Shown: piece after piece, positions 15,835 to 29,900 of the stretch
Layout: each line of letters starts with the position of its first letter
Position numbering within the stretch: the stretch's first letter is position 1
Source: the human T2T-CHM13v2.0 reference genome, Homo sapiens
Assembly: GCF_009914755.1 (NCBI RefSeq)
Contig: NC_060927.1
Direction: 5' to 3' (one strand)
Length of the DNA stretch: 64,000 bases
Notes under the pieces: generated by a model
What the model was told of the DNA's origin: nothing
Database searches by the model: none
What the model saw: the letters and a program-made list of their open reading frames with translations, nothing else
Made by a program: the position numbers and the translations under genes

Positions 15835-16010
15835 GCAGACATACATTAACTCATTTAATCTTCCCTCTGACCCTATATAAGAATTGGCCATTCAAATAAG
15901 CCCCATTTGTAGGGGAGAACTCTGAGGCAGTAAGAAGTTAAACCACTTGCTCATGGTCACATAAGCAGCAGCAGAACCAGGATCTAGAAACAAGATAGCT
16001 CAGTTCCAAA
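15835..16010 (-). mobile_element. MIR
   Basis: cattaactcatttaatctt..ccccatttgtagg..actctgaggcag..gttaaaccacttgctcatggtcaca. Confidence 0.75.
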
Positions 16011-16482
16011 GCATCTCTGCAATGCCCAGGAAAGGCGCCAACCAGGGCAAGGCTTTTCCGTCTGCTTCTTTCTGAGGTTTCTCCATATTTTTATTTATTG
16101 TACTAATAGCATTATAATAACTACAACAAAGAAAACCTCAACTACAATCTCATTGCTCAACAAATCTCCGATTCTTTCCTTTCTGTTTGGTTAGTCCTCT
16201 CCACAGCCAGTTCTTCGTTTCTTACTCCTGTGGTATCTAAAGACAGCCCCTCAGAACCACTTTTCTTTTTTTTCCTGGCCTGTGCTGTCTCTTGAGATCC
16301 TTTACTTATGTCTCAGTACCTCCTTAAGCCTCTATGTTTGCAGTTACTGAGAAGTTAGGTGCAATAGTCCATTTCAGGAGTTAGTGGGACTCCTCTCCCT
16401 GGAAGACCTACCATGACAGCAACCTCCTTGATACATGGAGAACTTGAGGGGGAACTTCATCATTAGTGAGCAGAGAGCATGG

Positions 16483-16972
16483 TGTAGTAATCATCTATTG
16501 ATGCATAACAAATTACCCTTAAAACTTAGTGGCTGAAAATAACAAACATTATCTCCAGATTCCAGAGTGGCTTAGCTGGGTGTTTCTGGCTCAAGGACTT
16601 TCAAGAGTTTGCAGTTAAGATGTTGATCAGGGCTTCATTATCTGAAGGCTTAGCTAAGGCTGAAGGATCTGCTTTAAAGCTTACACATGTGGATGTTAGC
16701 GGGTCTTATTTTTTAGTCACATGGGCCTCTCCACAGGGCTGCTCACAATATGGCAGCTAGCTTTCCCCAGAGTCAGTGACAGCAAAGAGAGAGAGAGAGC
16801 ATCAGTGTGTGCGCAACCAAGATGGAAGCCCTAAACTAATCTTGGAAGTGACATACCCTCCTTTCTCACAGCATTACACCAACCCTAGCATGACGTAGGA
16901 GGGGATTACACAAGGGTGTGAATACCAAGAGGCAGGGATCAGTGGGACATCTTAGAGACTGATTACCATACT
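16483..16972 (-). mobile_element. MaLR solo LTR (MLT1F/H-like)
   Basis: tgtagtaatcatctattgatgcataacaaattaccc..aacttagtggctgaaaataaca..ggcagggatcagtggga..attaccata. Confidence 0.8.
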
Positions 16973-17889
16973 CAGGCAACGTCTAGGGGTGAGAGGAGCA
17001 GCCACACTTCTATGTTTGCATCTTAATTTACATGAATGGCACCCCCTGATACTTTGCAGTGTACAAAATACACGATCATACATAGTGGTCCAGGTAGCAG
17101 TTCCTGAACAAATGGGGAAGTCAGGGGAATTTGTCCTCAGTACACTTCTATTCCCTGCTAGAATTTCATTTATTTATTTATGAAACAAACATTTTTTTAA
17201 AGCACCTGGTCGTACCTTTGCGTTGGTACTGAACTAGGTAGGTAATGGGGTTGCAGTTCTATTGGAGTTTCAATTTTCCTACACCACTGTTGCCCTTAAG
17301 TATCCAAAACATTCGGGGTGACTACAGCCTCCTTCAAGCCAGACAGTATGCAACAGATCATTGTTTTCTATCCCATTCTTTGGAAAACCTGAGCTAATAT
17401 GATGTTTCTTTCAAAGGGTATAATATAAATATGTAATAACCCCTGATAATTGGGTGCCTAACAAGAACAGAAGTTGCCTAAATAAGTAGCAGGGCTCTAC
17501 CAGTATAATGCTTCTGCTCAAATTCAGCCCAGTTCCCCTGAGAGAGGTCTTTTCTATCACCCATCCAGTCAAACTGGAAAACTAACTGTGGCTCTACTTA
17601 CTCACGAAGTTGGCAGTAACAACGTTTTAAGAAGGACCCTTCAAAAAACATTCCAATTTGCCAGTTGCAGGGGGAAAAAACGTAGGCTCTAAATTAATGA
17701 TCAGAAATAAGAAATGTAAGAAAGGAGTGAGTTCATGACGACAGACTGATGGACCAGAGCAGAAAATATAAGGAAGATGAGCTATTTGTCTTGGAGACCA
17801 AGTTTGCACCGCAGAAGAGAGAAATAGAGAAAATCAAATAAATATTTATGTCTGTAACACCAGACTCATGGTAAAGTGTCCTTAAGTTC

Positions 17890-18110
17890 ACAGACTCCAG
17901 AGCCAAACTGCTGATTTCGAGTCCCAGCTCTGCTCCTCACTAGCTATGTGACTGTAGGTGAGTGACTTAATCCCTCCGTACCTCAGTATTCTCATCTGTA
18001 CAGTGGGGCTGATTGGATAAAACCAACCTGTGTGGTGGTTGTGACCTAGTATAACTAAAGTGCTTAGCATGCTGCCTAGCACAAATTAAGAACACGGTAA
18101 GTACTAATTA
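17890..18110 (+). mobile_element. MIR
   Basis: gagtcccagctctgctcctcactagctatgtgact..cctcagtattctcatctgtacagtgggg..aaagtgcttagca. Confidence 0.85.
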
Positions 18111-18159
18111 TTGAAGAAATTAGAAACAATACCTATTGTGTCATCAACTGAAAGAGACC

Positions 18160-18870
18160 AATTTCTTTCACTCGGTCATTATCTATTGAATATATACAGC
18201 ACTGAACCCCAGACGACGAAATCCTTTTTCTCAAGGTGCTTTTACGTGGGAGGGCTGGGAGAGGGAGGAAAAAGAAAGCAGAAGGGGGAAACTAATAAAT
18301 AAGTAAAAAAATGTATTATGTCAGGTGGTGATCATGGAGAAAAAGCAGAGGATGTGGATAGGAAGTTCTGGGGGAGGAGTGGGAGGAAAGAATGTTCTAG
18401 AGATAGGAAATAGTAAGTACACAGGTCTTGAGGCTGAGGAATGCTTGGTGTGTCCATAACTGCAAGGCCGGTGTGGCTGGAAGGAGACGAGGATGGAGTG
18501 AAATCGTACAGCTTGAGGTCAGGGGAATCCTGGCTGGGAATGGTGGGCACATCATGCAGGCCATGTATCCATATTTTGCACTTTGGCTGTTGCTCTATGA
18601 TGGGAAGCCACTGGAATTTTTGAGAAGAAGAGAGACATAATCTAATCTTTGTTTTAAAGGACAGTCGGCTGTGTGTAGGTGTTGGGGAGGGAGGAGGCGG
18701 AGAGTGGGAGGTAGAAAGATCAGGTAGGAGATAATTATTGAGAGATGATGCCTTAGACCAGGACATTAGCAGTGGGGAGGGGAGTGAGACGGAGTGGACA
18801 TTTTCACCATATATTTGTGAAAACAGAGTCAACAGAATTTGCTGACGAATGTGATGCTGAGTGTACAACA
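18160..18870 (-). mobile_element. L2 fragment
   Basis: Antisense L2 motifs (gatgggaagccactggaattttt, gacataatctaatctttgttttaaagga, gtcaacagaatttgctga). Confidence 0.8.
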
Positions 18871-20059
18871 GAGAAGGTTCAGACATAGGGAAGTTCTGAG
18901 GACAAGGATTTTTTTCTTTTATTCAATGTCATATATCTACCACCTAGACAGTGCCTGGTATCAATAAATATTCCTTGAATAAATGAAAAGGGTAACTGAT
19001 TTGTATTAAACCCATTTTGAACTTAGTAAATAGCAGTTAAAACATCTACAGTCAAATGAAGTACTGTAGCAACCATAATTTCAGCAATTAAGCAGTGAAA
19101 GATCTTCCAATCCTTTCCTCCACAAAGATAGAAGTTAATTTTGCTGCATCCCTGGACACCCCGTTGCCAACGACCCAGCATTCCGTTGGTAAGTGAGGCT
19201 GGAGGTTGGAGTGGGAGAAATTTCGTGGAAGCTAAGTTCGCAAAGCAGGTACGTTTTTTTTTTTTTTTTAAACGGTTATTTGGGATGAGGAGTACAACGG
19301 AACCTAATGTTCCCTCATGCCACCTACAGCACTGCTACTGTTCCCATATCCTTCAACTGGGCATGAAGGCAGCTTCCCACTCACTCTGACAGTGGTGCAC
19401 CCTGTACCCCCACCCCTCTCTTCAATACCCCAGGGCTAAACGGCCCGAAGCTCCTCTCTACCGGCTGGTGCGCATTCTGGGCCAGGGCGAGCCAAAAGGC
19501 AGAAGGGCCTTCGTGCTGCAGTGTCTGGTGAAGACTCAGGCTTAGCCTGGAAGAAGTTTCCAGGCCAACGTGAAGTTTTCCTGTCTTGGGTACATGCGAG
19601 CCCCACGCGTCTGCGAGTTTGGGTTAGTGTGTCAACAGGGTCAGTCCCCGTATCTACTTTGCGAAAGCTTCGAGGCGAGCGTGAAGTCAAGGGCTGCGGT
19701 GGATGGGGGTAAAAGGCCTCCTCGTCCCACTGCCTGCACCGTCTTGGGGTAACCCCTAACCCCCAGCCGGCGTTTCCCTTTAATGCGCGTGCCCGGCAAG
19801 GTCCTCGCGTCCCCTCCCCTCAAGCCACCCCGTCAGCCTCGGTTTCCCCCACTTCTCCCCGTCCTTGTCGTTCCTTCCCCGTGGGACGCCCCTCGCTCAC
19901 CCCCGTCAGAGCCCAGTCTGCGCGCGGGACCCAGCTGTCACTTTACTTTTCCTCGCCGCCTCCCCACCCCCTCTCCCGACCGGCGGGGCAGCCCGCCCGG
20001 GCGCGCTCCCGCCCCCGCCCCCTCGCGGCCGCGCGCCGGAGGAGGAGGGGCGGGGGGAG

Positions 20060-20299
20060 GAGGGAGGCGCGCGGCGCCGCATGGCCGACGTGGGGCTCGC
20101 GCTCTCGCGGTCTCTCCCGGGCGGGCGCGCAGGCACGCGCACTCGCGGGTGCGCGCGCGGACGGCCGGGCGGCGGCGGCTCCCGGAGGTGGTGGCTTCAC
20201 TTTCCAGGACTCAGGGGCAGCCACAGCGACAGCCGCGGGCAGCAGCCTCAGGAGCCGGAGCTGGAACGGCCGGGGGCGGCGGCAGCGGCGGCGCTGAGG
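20060..20299 (+). other. UBE2E2: UBE2E2 first exon 1a (5'UTR; start approximate)
   Basis: Strong donor GAGG|GTGAGT after 20299 inside the CpG island; the TSS cannot be fixed from sequence. Confidence 0.7.
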
Positions 20300-20379
20300 G
20301 TGAGTCCGGGCGGGCGCGAGCGCGGCGGGGACAGGCGTGGTCGGGTGCGTGGTGCGTGGGTCCGGCTTTCGGTGACTAG

Positions 20380-20502
20380 ACGGTCCGCAGGGGACATCCC
20401 GTCCCTGGGGCCTCCCCAGTCTCCCTCCCCCTCGCGCCTGGGCAGCTCTCTCCCAGGGCTTCGGCTCGAGCCTGCGACCTGCACGGACACCCCCCCCCTC
20501 AG
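20380..20502 (+). other. UBE2E2: UBE2E2 alternative first exon 1b / distal 5' splice site (start approximate)
   Basis: Donor CAG|GTATTC after 20502; no ATG in 20380-20502; agrees with my unverified recollection of annotated isoform spacing. Confidence 0.55.
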
Positions 20503-23500
20503 GTATTCGCTCGGGCCGCGCCGGTGCCTCCCCTCCTCGGGCGTCCTCCCTCTCGCTGACGTCCTCCTCACTCCCCCGACCTCCCCTCCGCGTCGCAGGT
20601 CTCTGCTTACACCGCTCGTGCCCTAGTTCCCTCCTTCCTCGCTCCCCGTGCCCGGTTCCCTACGCCCCCTCCCGCGAGCCTCCTGCCCCCGTTTCTCGCC
20701 CTTTCTACCCCTCCCCCTTCTTCCCATCCCCCCCTTCTGCCTCTTCTCTCCCTGTCCTCCTTCTACCCCCTTCCGTTCTCAGTTCCCCATCCTTCTCAAC
20801 CCTCCCAGCGCTTTCCTTCTCCTAGCCGCATCCTGGAACTAAGTCTTTTCAAAAGTACAGGATAAATGTCACGGTGGAAAGTGCCCGGCTTGATCTTTTG
20901 CTATTTTCCCTAATTGCATAATTGCTGCACATGGTGTGTCTCCTGGCGAGTGCCGGGTTTGGCTCCTTCGCCGCCGCACCCCGGTGGCCCGCCCGGAGAA
21001 GACCTTGTGGGGTATATTTGTGTGTGTCCTGGTGAGGGGTGTGTGTTGTATTGGTCTTTTGTGATGCCTGGCGCTTGTCACAGTTTGGAACCGAAGCCCA
21101 TTTTTCTCTGGTCTCTTCTCTGCAGCCCCCACTGGCCTGGTTTGAAACTGGATTCCCTCTGTCCTCTCCCCCTTCCCGCCCACCCCACTTCTCCCCCTCT
21201 TTTCTCCGATCTCTCTCATAATGTTTTGATCTTTTTGCCCTTTACCATTTCTAATGAAGATAAAGCGTGGCTTCTTGTGGCTTTTTTCCCCCACGACCAA
21301 CCAGAAATGTCCAATCCATCTTCCCTTAAGGAAATTAAGGCTGCTTTAGAAAGACATCATCCTGTGCTCGGTGGCTGTTAGACCCATTTGCATGTTTTCA
21401 AGATTCATCGTTTTGTATTGTGTATTCTTGAGAGTCTACTAAAATATTTTTATTTAAAAGTACGAAAGGAAGTGCTAGGGTTTACCCTCAAAGTATCTCG
21501 CGGTTCTAAAGGATTTTACGCTCTTCTTAGTTTTTAATCCCTGATTTCTTTAAAAAGTATGTTTCTAGATATGTGATAATTCAGTCTGGACTTTGTGAAT
21601 CTAAATATTTGCCTTTACTACGGCAATTTGGATGCTCCTTGGCTCTTTGGAATTCTGTATGTGGGCTGACGCTGAAATAGAGTGTTTTCATATAATGCCA
21701 TACCCCATTCTCTTTCCCCTGCAGCACCTTTTACCCCCAAATCAGGTGTTCCACTGTTATTTTCTGCATAAATGTCTTTGCAGTTAAATTTAAAGCTGGA
21801 TATTGCTGTGTGCATATACTATATATTTATTTTACATTTTAGAAAAGTTTAGAAACATGAGTAGGAAGACAGCAAGACATATATGACAGAATTAAACGCT
21901 TTCCTGTTATAAAAGCTTAAATGAACACTTGGTTTTGCAGTTTTATACTAGTAGATACTGTTATAAGGCTTACCTGGGTAGTAGGCTGGATTTATGGAAT
22001 GACTATAGTTGCCTTTATGTAGTCAGTAATATTTCAAGCCAAATCATTTCATTTTTATGGAACATGTGAGTTTCATTCACTGTATGTTGCTAATTTCCAG
22101 GACTGTAATTACAACATAGGGTACATAGCTAATACAAGCTTAGACAGTTTGTGTTGAAGAAGTAACAATATGTAAGCCTCTTAATATAGTTTTAGGAAGG
22201 ACTACTTATTTTATGGTTAAAAATTAAATTTTACTTTGAGTTATGAAGTAAGCGTATTTATCTCTCTCAATATCTTTGAAAGTATCATTGGAGAGTAGCT
22301 GTTTGTTTATAACCCTGGGATTTAAGTTTATCTTCCCTGTAGATGAGATAATCGGATCAGATTAGCTATTTAGGAATTAATTTTAAAATGCTAATTTAGA
22401 AGATAATGTTTAAAGGATTTTAATTCAGGAATTTTTATTCATTTGTACTTCAGAGAGACAAGACATCAAGTTTACACTTACGACTAATTAAATTGATTCA
22501 TAGACTACTTTTTCTTCATAAAAATTCGTTGCACCTGAGTGGTACAATAATTTTTTTCTATACTTTTTCTGTAATCAAGCATTCAAAAAACAAACCCAGG
22601 AGAAATTCCTTTTATTATTGATATTTGAAAAAGAGATGTGAAAACTTTATTTCTAAAAGTTCCTATAGTGGTTATCAATGGCCTCAGATGGACTTATCAT
22701 TTGTAGGTTAACATTTGGATGAAATATGTCTTAACTCAAAAGTGGGAATAATTCTTTTCCTTAATGTGAAACCAGAAATTACACCTCTGTTGGGGAATTT
22801 CTAATAGTATTTTTATTAGTTCTCTGGTGAGACTAATTTTTATTTTAATCTTCCTCTAATATTCGGCAGTAGAAATTTGAGTTTCAGATTATGGCTCAGA
22901 TCACATCATTGAGTAATCTTTTTAAGTAATTATATAACTATGGCATTCGATAGTATGTAAATGCACATAAATAAGAATATTGAGAAGAATGTGTGGCTTT
23001 ATAACTAATGTTATACACAACTGAAACTCTCAGCATAGTTTATTAAATCATAGTTTATTAAGCTGAAGCTGCATCCTCAGTATAGAGAATATTATTTCAT
23101 TGAGGTACCCATATATTTGTCATGGAATGGATTGCTCCTGTTTTAAAATGTATAAAATGATTTCTCACTCATTTCACATTTCTTAAGGTATTGCTGGCAG
23201 CATTTTGCTATATCTGAGCACCTTTCCCTGAGGATTGTTCTCTTTTTCACTCTCATGCATGCCGCCCTATCTGATATGCCATTATGTACATACTTACAAG
23301 ATTTTAAACTTCTGATATATTTTAACTGAAAGAAGGTGAAAAAAAATATTAAATCCAAGAATGAGAATTTAGAGTGAAATAAAAATGAAAAAAAGCAAGA
23401 AATATGTTACGACTTTTAGAGCTAGATGTGAAACATACTGATATAAAATTTCAGTGTTCTATTAAGTGACTTTAGTGCTCATAAAAGATGTCACAGCTGT

Positions 23501-24844
23501 GGAGACTGGTGCTCTTCATTTACAGAATAGGTAGAAAAGTAGTCAGCTTTTCCGTTAGTATGTTTCAGAGCTGTTGGGGCAGATCTGTTTCTGTTTGGCA
23601 TGGGGAGCTGTTGGGGTTGAAGGGGTGCTGGTGGTGGTGTGTGTGGTGTGTCAGTGAAAGGATTCACTATTTTCTGTTGACTCTTTGTGGCTCTGTGCTT
23701 CCTGATGCTTCCATTCTTTTGCAGTGCTTTTTGGTTTGTCTTACAAAAATTTCAGTCCATTAAAGATCGGTGTTACAACATTGCTTTGGCTTAGAGCAAG
23801 CTACAAGTTAAATCTTTAGTGATGATGAATTTTCATCAGTGTCAAATAGCTATCCATTTGGACTAAGTTATAGTAATTAAAAAATTTTGCTTTATTTGAG
23901 GTATCTTTACCTGTTCTTATTCTTGATCATATCAGAAACAGTTTTATTTCAAGTTGTAATTTGATTAAGAGTAATCAAAAGGATCCATTTCAAAAGGAAT
24001 TTGTTCAGTGTACCTATAATTTTTAAAGATATATTTTTTGCTGTTAATGGTACTTATTAAGTATAGGTATTTTGTTTTTAAAAAGGTGTCTGAGAAGATA
24101 GCTATACAGTGCTGAAAGTGATTATTAGGTGACAAAACCATGGGGAGCACAAGGCCTTTTAGAGTCTGGGCATGAGTTTTGTTGGTTCAGTTCTGGATTT
24201 GTCAGAACACTTTAAGCTAGTCAGCTCATAAGGGATGTATTCATAGTCATCAAACTCAGAAATTGATTATGATAGAATGACAGTTGAGGAGAGATACTCC
24301 TTTTCACTTACTGGAATTGTTTGTGTCTGCTGTCTAGATTATAACAGCTACCTAAATATCAAGGTATTGAGGAAATTGAGTTGGTAATCAGAACTGCTTG
24401 GGGGGCCTGAACTCAGAGCAAAGGGAATTTGAAAGCCTTGAGGGATATTTTAGCCAGAATGTGGGGAAAAAAAAAAAAATCTTCAGTGTCTTCATCTCTT
24501 GTGAAATATGGTTGCTTTAGTATATAGCTGAATGCTGTCATATGGTTCAATTTTTATTTAGAATCATGCAGTCATGCAGGCCTCTGTGTTCTTCTGTTAT
24601 CACAAAGGTTACTTAAAACCACTTACTAGTTTGGAGAATTTTAACCTTAGCCCAGCCCTGAGGATGTATTGATTGAATAGGGATTTGAAAGTGTCGTCCC
24701 ATTTTTGTGTTCCCACAAGTATTTGTACTAACCTTCGTTTTTGTACTTAGCAAGTTGGCTAGTCGAGGTTTTTCACAGTTGTGGGACCAAAGGGCTTAGC
24801 ACAGCGCCTGGTAGAGAGTAGACCCTTAATCATTTTTGTCTTAT

Positions 24845-25530
24845 TTTCTGTAACAGCATTATTGATATATAATTCACATACTATAAAATTTACCCTTTAA
24901 AAATGTACAACTCTGTAGTTCTTAGAATATTTATTATTAGAATTGTGCAAGATTATAATTATCTAATTTAAGAACATTTTTATCACCGCACAGGGAAGCA
25001 TCATACCCATTAGCCGTCACTCTTCACTACTCTCCCCTCACTCCCTGGCAACCACTTACCCATTTTATTTTTTTATTAATTTTTTTTTTGAGACAGGGTC
25101 TTGCTCTGTCACTCAGGCTGGAATGCAGTGGTATCAATCATATTTTTATTTTTTGTAGAGATCGAGTCCCACTACGTTGCCCAGGCTGGTGCTCCCTGAG
25201 CTTCCCAAAACATTGGGGATTACAGGCGTGAGGTTCACTACTGAATTTTATGTTTATGGATTTGCCTGTTCAGGACATTTCATATAAATAGTCAAACAGT
25301 TTGTGGTCCTTTGTGGCTGGCTTCTTTCACTTACCAGAATGTTTCAAGGTTCATCCATTTTGTAGCATGTAGACACAGTACTTCATTCTTTTTTATGGCT
25401 AACAGTACATTATGTGAATATACTACTATATTTTGTTCATCCATTCATTTGTTAGTGGATATTTGAGTTGTTTCCAGTTTTGATTATTATGAATAATGTT
25501 GCTATGAACATTTCATGTATAAATTTTGTA
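24845..25530 (-). mobile_element. Old L1 3' end (L1MB/ME-type) interrupted by an internally deleted AluJ (~25080-25232)
   Basis: attgatatataattcacatactataaaatttacccttt..ggttcatccattttgtagcatg; Alu pieces gagacagggtcttgctctgtc and gattacaggcgtgag. Confidence 0.8.
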
Positions 25531-25716
25531 TGTTTTCATTTTAGAATACATTTTGAATGGATGAAGGAAAAGTTTTAGCAACTCCCAAAGCTGCATTGTT
25601 TTGTAAATGACCAATTTAATCCATTTTATATTGAGATTTACTTGTTTTACTTTGAGGCTCATTCTCTGTGTTCTGGAGGTAGCTTACTGTAGTACAGCTA
25701 AATAAATGATTTTTGA

Positions 25717-25962
<246 letters not shown>

Positions 25963-28369
25963 TAAGTTCTATTTTTCTCTTGCATTTAATCATTTTTTCT
26001 GGGATGTCGGCCGTGAACTTCATGGATTTTTCTTTTCCCTTCAAGATGATCTCGTTTACATGGTTTTAACCATAGGGAACTTCAGTATTTAAAGTCAGTT
26101 AAATGGCAAGGCAAATTCATAACATACATTTCCATAGTGTGTTTGTGTGTTTATGTATTATCAGGGAAACATATACAGGGTGTGTATGTAAAATTGCAGT
26201 AGTTTCATTTATGGTTACTTGACCATAAATATTTTTTTTCTGTTCAGTAACACAGAATAGAGATTAGGAATCTTTGAAGTAGTTACTGAGTGAGTGACAG
26301 TTTATTTTCCACTACTCCCAGTTGGTAAAGTCAGAAATGCTGACATTAGCAACAGGTGCATCTTGGTTTCATTACATTAGTCAGTGGATCCATCTTGATA
26401 CGGATTTTCTCTTTCTCTAGAGAATAGATGGATCTGGAAAGTAGGTATTTGAATGATTTTCTGTTGGTACTCAATCTCTTAAAATGATTGGCATGTCACT
26501 GGACTTAAAGGGAATCTGTTTGATATTGTTACATTATAGAATATCTCTTGGAAAATAATTTGAAAGATAAATTAAATGTAGTGTCTTTCCTGATCCTGTG
26601 ATTTTATGTTCTTGCTTTGTTTTCATATATTTTACATTGACCAAGTCGGAAGTATACATAAAAGCGATCTGTAACTTGTAGGCATAGTGGAATGCCTGAA
26701 TGTTGTATTACAGCTTTATATGTTATTTTATGGTGTGGGTTAAGGGGAACTCCTTTCTCAAAGATAAAAAACCATTATTTTGTTCTAGTAGACCTTGTTT
26801 TCCTTTGGCTTAGTCAGTCTACAGGGTTGGAAAGAACCTTCTCAGGACCCTTGGTGAGAGATGTTGGAGGGATGGTGAGTGGTTATTCCAAGGTACTAGA
26901 GTATTCAGTTTCCCTTTCGTGGGGGTGTATTGCTGATCTCTGTTGAAGGAGCTGTTTGAAAGTCAGAGAGCCCTGAACTTTAAACTTTGAGACCTGTATA
27001 CTAGACCATGCTAGGGTGGGGAAGAGGGTTCAGTTTGTTTTGCCATCACAACACAATTACCGGGGACTCAGCTGGCTGACCCTTCTGTTTGCCAGACCAC
27101 AACACAAATGACCTGCTTAGAGGTGACCTGGAAAATGGGGGGTGGGGTTAGGATGGATGAGAAAGGTGGGGAATAGAGAAAATATGACATTTAGGTGAAA
27201 GAAGGAAGTCGATGTAGGTGGGAAGGAGATGTTCAGGTACAGATTGTAGTTCCACGCAGATGAGGAAGATCTAATTCAGTCCTCAGTGTCTGATTGGGTT
27301 TTTACAGGGCCTCTTCAGTTTGTCAGAAAAGGGGAAGGATTGGTTGGCCAGGTCTGTGGGGAATAGGGTTCTGCTGGGCCTGTGCTTTATTCTATGATTG
27401 CTAGTTAGCAAAGTCACCTGTTGTGGTGAGGCTCTGCCTTTTCCTCTAACTGGGAGCACCACTATAAAATACCTTAAAATCATATTTCTTGGGTGATATG
27501 TCAAAGACCAAATTCTGCTTATGAAAGATGTACTGCTTTATGTGTGAACATGAGTTTTTCAAGTACGTGGGTCATCTTTATTTTACTACAGTATATAGAG
27601 AAAGTACGGATTATTCAAACCTAATGATAGATTTCACGAGGGAAAAATATAGAAGATATTTTTCTGCACTGTATGTAGGAGATAAAACCTAGTTTAGAGA
27701 TAATGTATGTGCAGAGCGCAGCGCAGTGCCTGATTGGCAGTAAATAGAAAGTGGTTGTATTGCATTGGTGAAAATAGGAAGTCTCTTTTGAGTTGCTTCC
27801 TGGCTGAAAGAATCCCTCCATTGGCAAATTGTTGTGAATCTGTGATTTTCAAATTGTGGTTCATGATCTTCCTCTAGAAAGGTCTTCAGTTGGTTTTCGG
27901 GTGACAGTGTATGAAATGATGTAATTATGTACTATTTATTTTAAATATAAAAATGCGGCTTCACTACTAATTTTTTAATTTAAAAAACCTTATTTTCCCC
28001 TCTCTCTTCCTCCAATTCAGCTGATAGTGAAGTTGTTGGTTCTTTGCCATTTCTGCTGAACTTAGGAAAAAAATTGGGAATTATGAGCACAGAGGACCCC
28101 ACATCTTTTAAGTTCACTGCCATGTCCACAGTGCCTAGCAGAGTACAGTCACAGTATTTATTTACTGGCTGCCTTGGAACCCTGAGCTTCTTATAGGGAT
28201 CGGATTTTCCATGGATATTAGGATCTTAGTACTAGTGTGTTCAGAAGATTAAAAGTTAGAGGTAGTTTCAAAATAAATTTTATTTCACACTTTTTTGTTG
28301 ACGATCATTTTTATTCAGATGAGAAGCCTTTCCCAAATAGTGTCATTTTATGAGATAAAGAGTAGCATT

Positions 28370-28890
<521 letters not shown>

Positions 28891-29782
28891 CACTGATAGA
28901 CTTTATGTCAGTTAAAATCTACGGTCATATTTTTCAAGTCTGTTTGGTACAAACTTTGGAAAAATGAGGTATATGTTAACCTTGGAGGCCTTAATGCTAT
29001 TGTTAAACTAGAAATACTCAGATGCCGTAATTAAATACATTTTGTAGTGACTTAGGAAAAGTGCTTGCACGTAGGTGCTCAGTTATTATATGAAATGTAC
29101 TATAATTGTAGAATTAATAATTGTAATGCAGTAATTATAGAATTAATAAGCTGGTATAGAACTATGATTTGAAAAATCTCATTTGTGATATTATAGAATA
29201 GTGGTATATAATACAGAAAACATTTAAGTGGGTATTTAAACAGCAGTAGAAATTAATTTCTGTCTCAGAGTTAGGAGGAAAGATTACAGTTACATCTTAG
29301 ATGCATTTTTGCTTTTCTTTGGCAAGAGTTTCTTAAAAAATTGTCATGCTCTTATCACAGCCTGTTCTCTTGATATGTCTATATCACTCTTGTTATATTT
29401 GCAAGTCTGTTGTTGGACTATATCTGCAGTGACAGATTTAGATTATTTTGATTAAATTGACTAGTCAGTTCAATAAAACGTCTATTTTGAGATCTTCTTT
29501 GAATTTATTCTGCTGCTTTTACGGGTTGATACATCTGTAAATGTGAATTTTATATCATATTTATTCTAAATTAACTGTTTAGAGTGGACATGGTGATTTT
29601 ATTTTTGGACATTCAATATGATACTGTTCGAGGTATGGTTTTTGGTTTCAGACTAAATTTTTGTTAGGTTGAAAGATTGATTCCACTGTATTCCAGTTTG
29701 AACTTTTATCATATGGGCTCGTCTAAGTTTGTTTTCCACATGAGAATGAAATAGTACTTTTGTAGATAATCTTTTGTAATTA

Positions 29783-29900
29783 CTGTATTTTCTTCATTCT
29801 AAAAGTACATTTTAAAACTTTTTAATGTTTCTGAAATTGGGACACATCTTAAAATTTATGTGCACAATTATTGATGGTGTGTCTTAAAATCAATGATCTT
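29783..29900. mobile_element. MER104-like TcMar MITE
   Basis: tactgtattttcttcattctaaaa..tctgaaattgggacacatctta..gatggtgtgtcttaaaatcaatga resembles MER104. Confidence 0.5.

Larger units (their letters stand above)
19500..21000. promoter_or_regulatory. UBE2E2: CpG-island promoter of UBE2E2 (TATA-less, GC boxes; probably bidirectional)
   Basis: Very high GC and CpG density compared with the flanks; Sp/KLF boxes (cccgcccc ~20008, ggggcgggg ~20047); lies ~5 kb upstream of the first coding exon. Confidence 0.93.

Noticed and set aside
18332-18886. 184-aa minus-strand ORF
   Set aside because: Lies in a decayed L2 element; no splice or homology support.
19747-19764. ggggtaacccc palindrome and two TAACCC telomere-like hexamers
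   Set aside because: Too short to distinguish from chance in a GC-rich promoter.
19783-20626. Several long unspliced ORFs on both strands in the CpG island (198, 253 and 138 aa, among others)
   Set aside because: As standalone genes they are expected artefacts of GC-rich, stop-poor DNA and give low-complexity Pro/Arg/Gly peptides. Only the spliced portions are discussed, as hypotheses.
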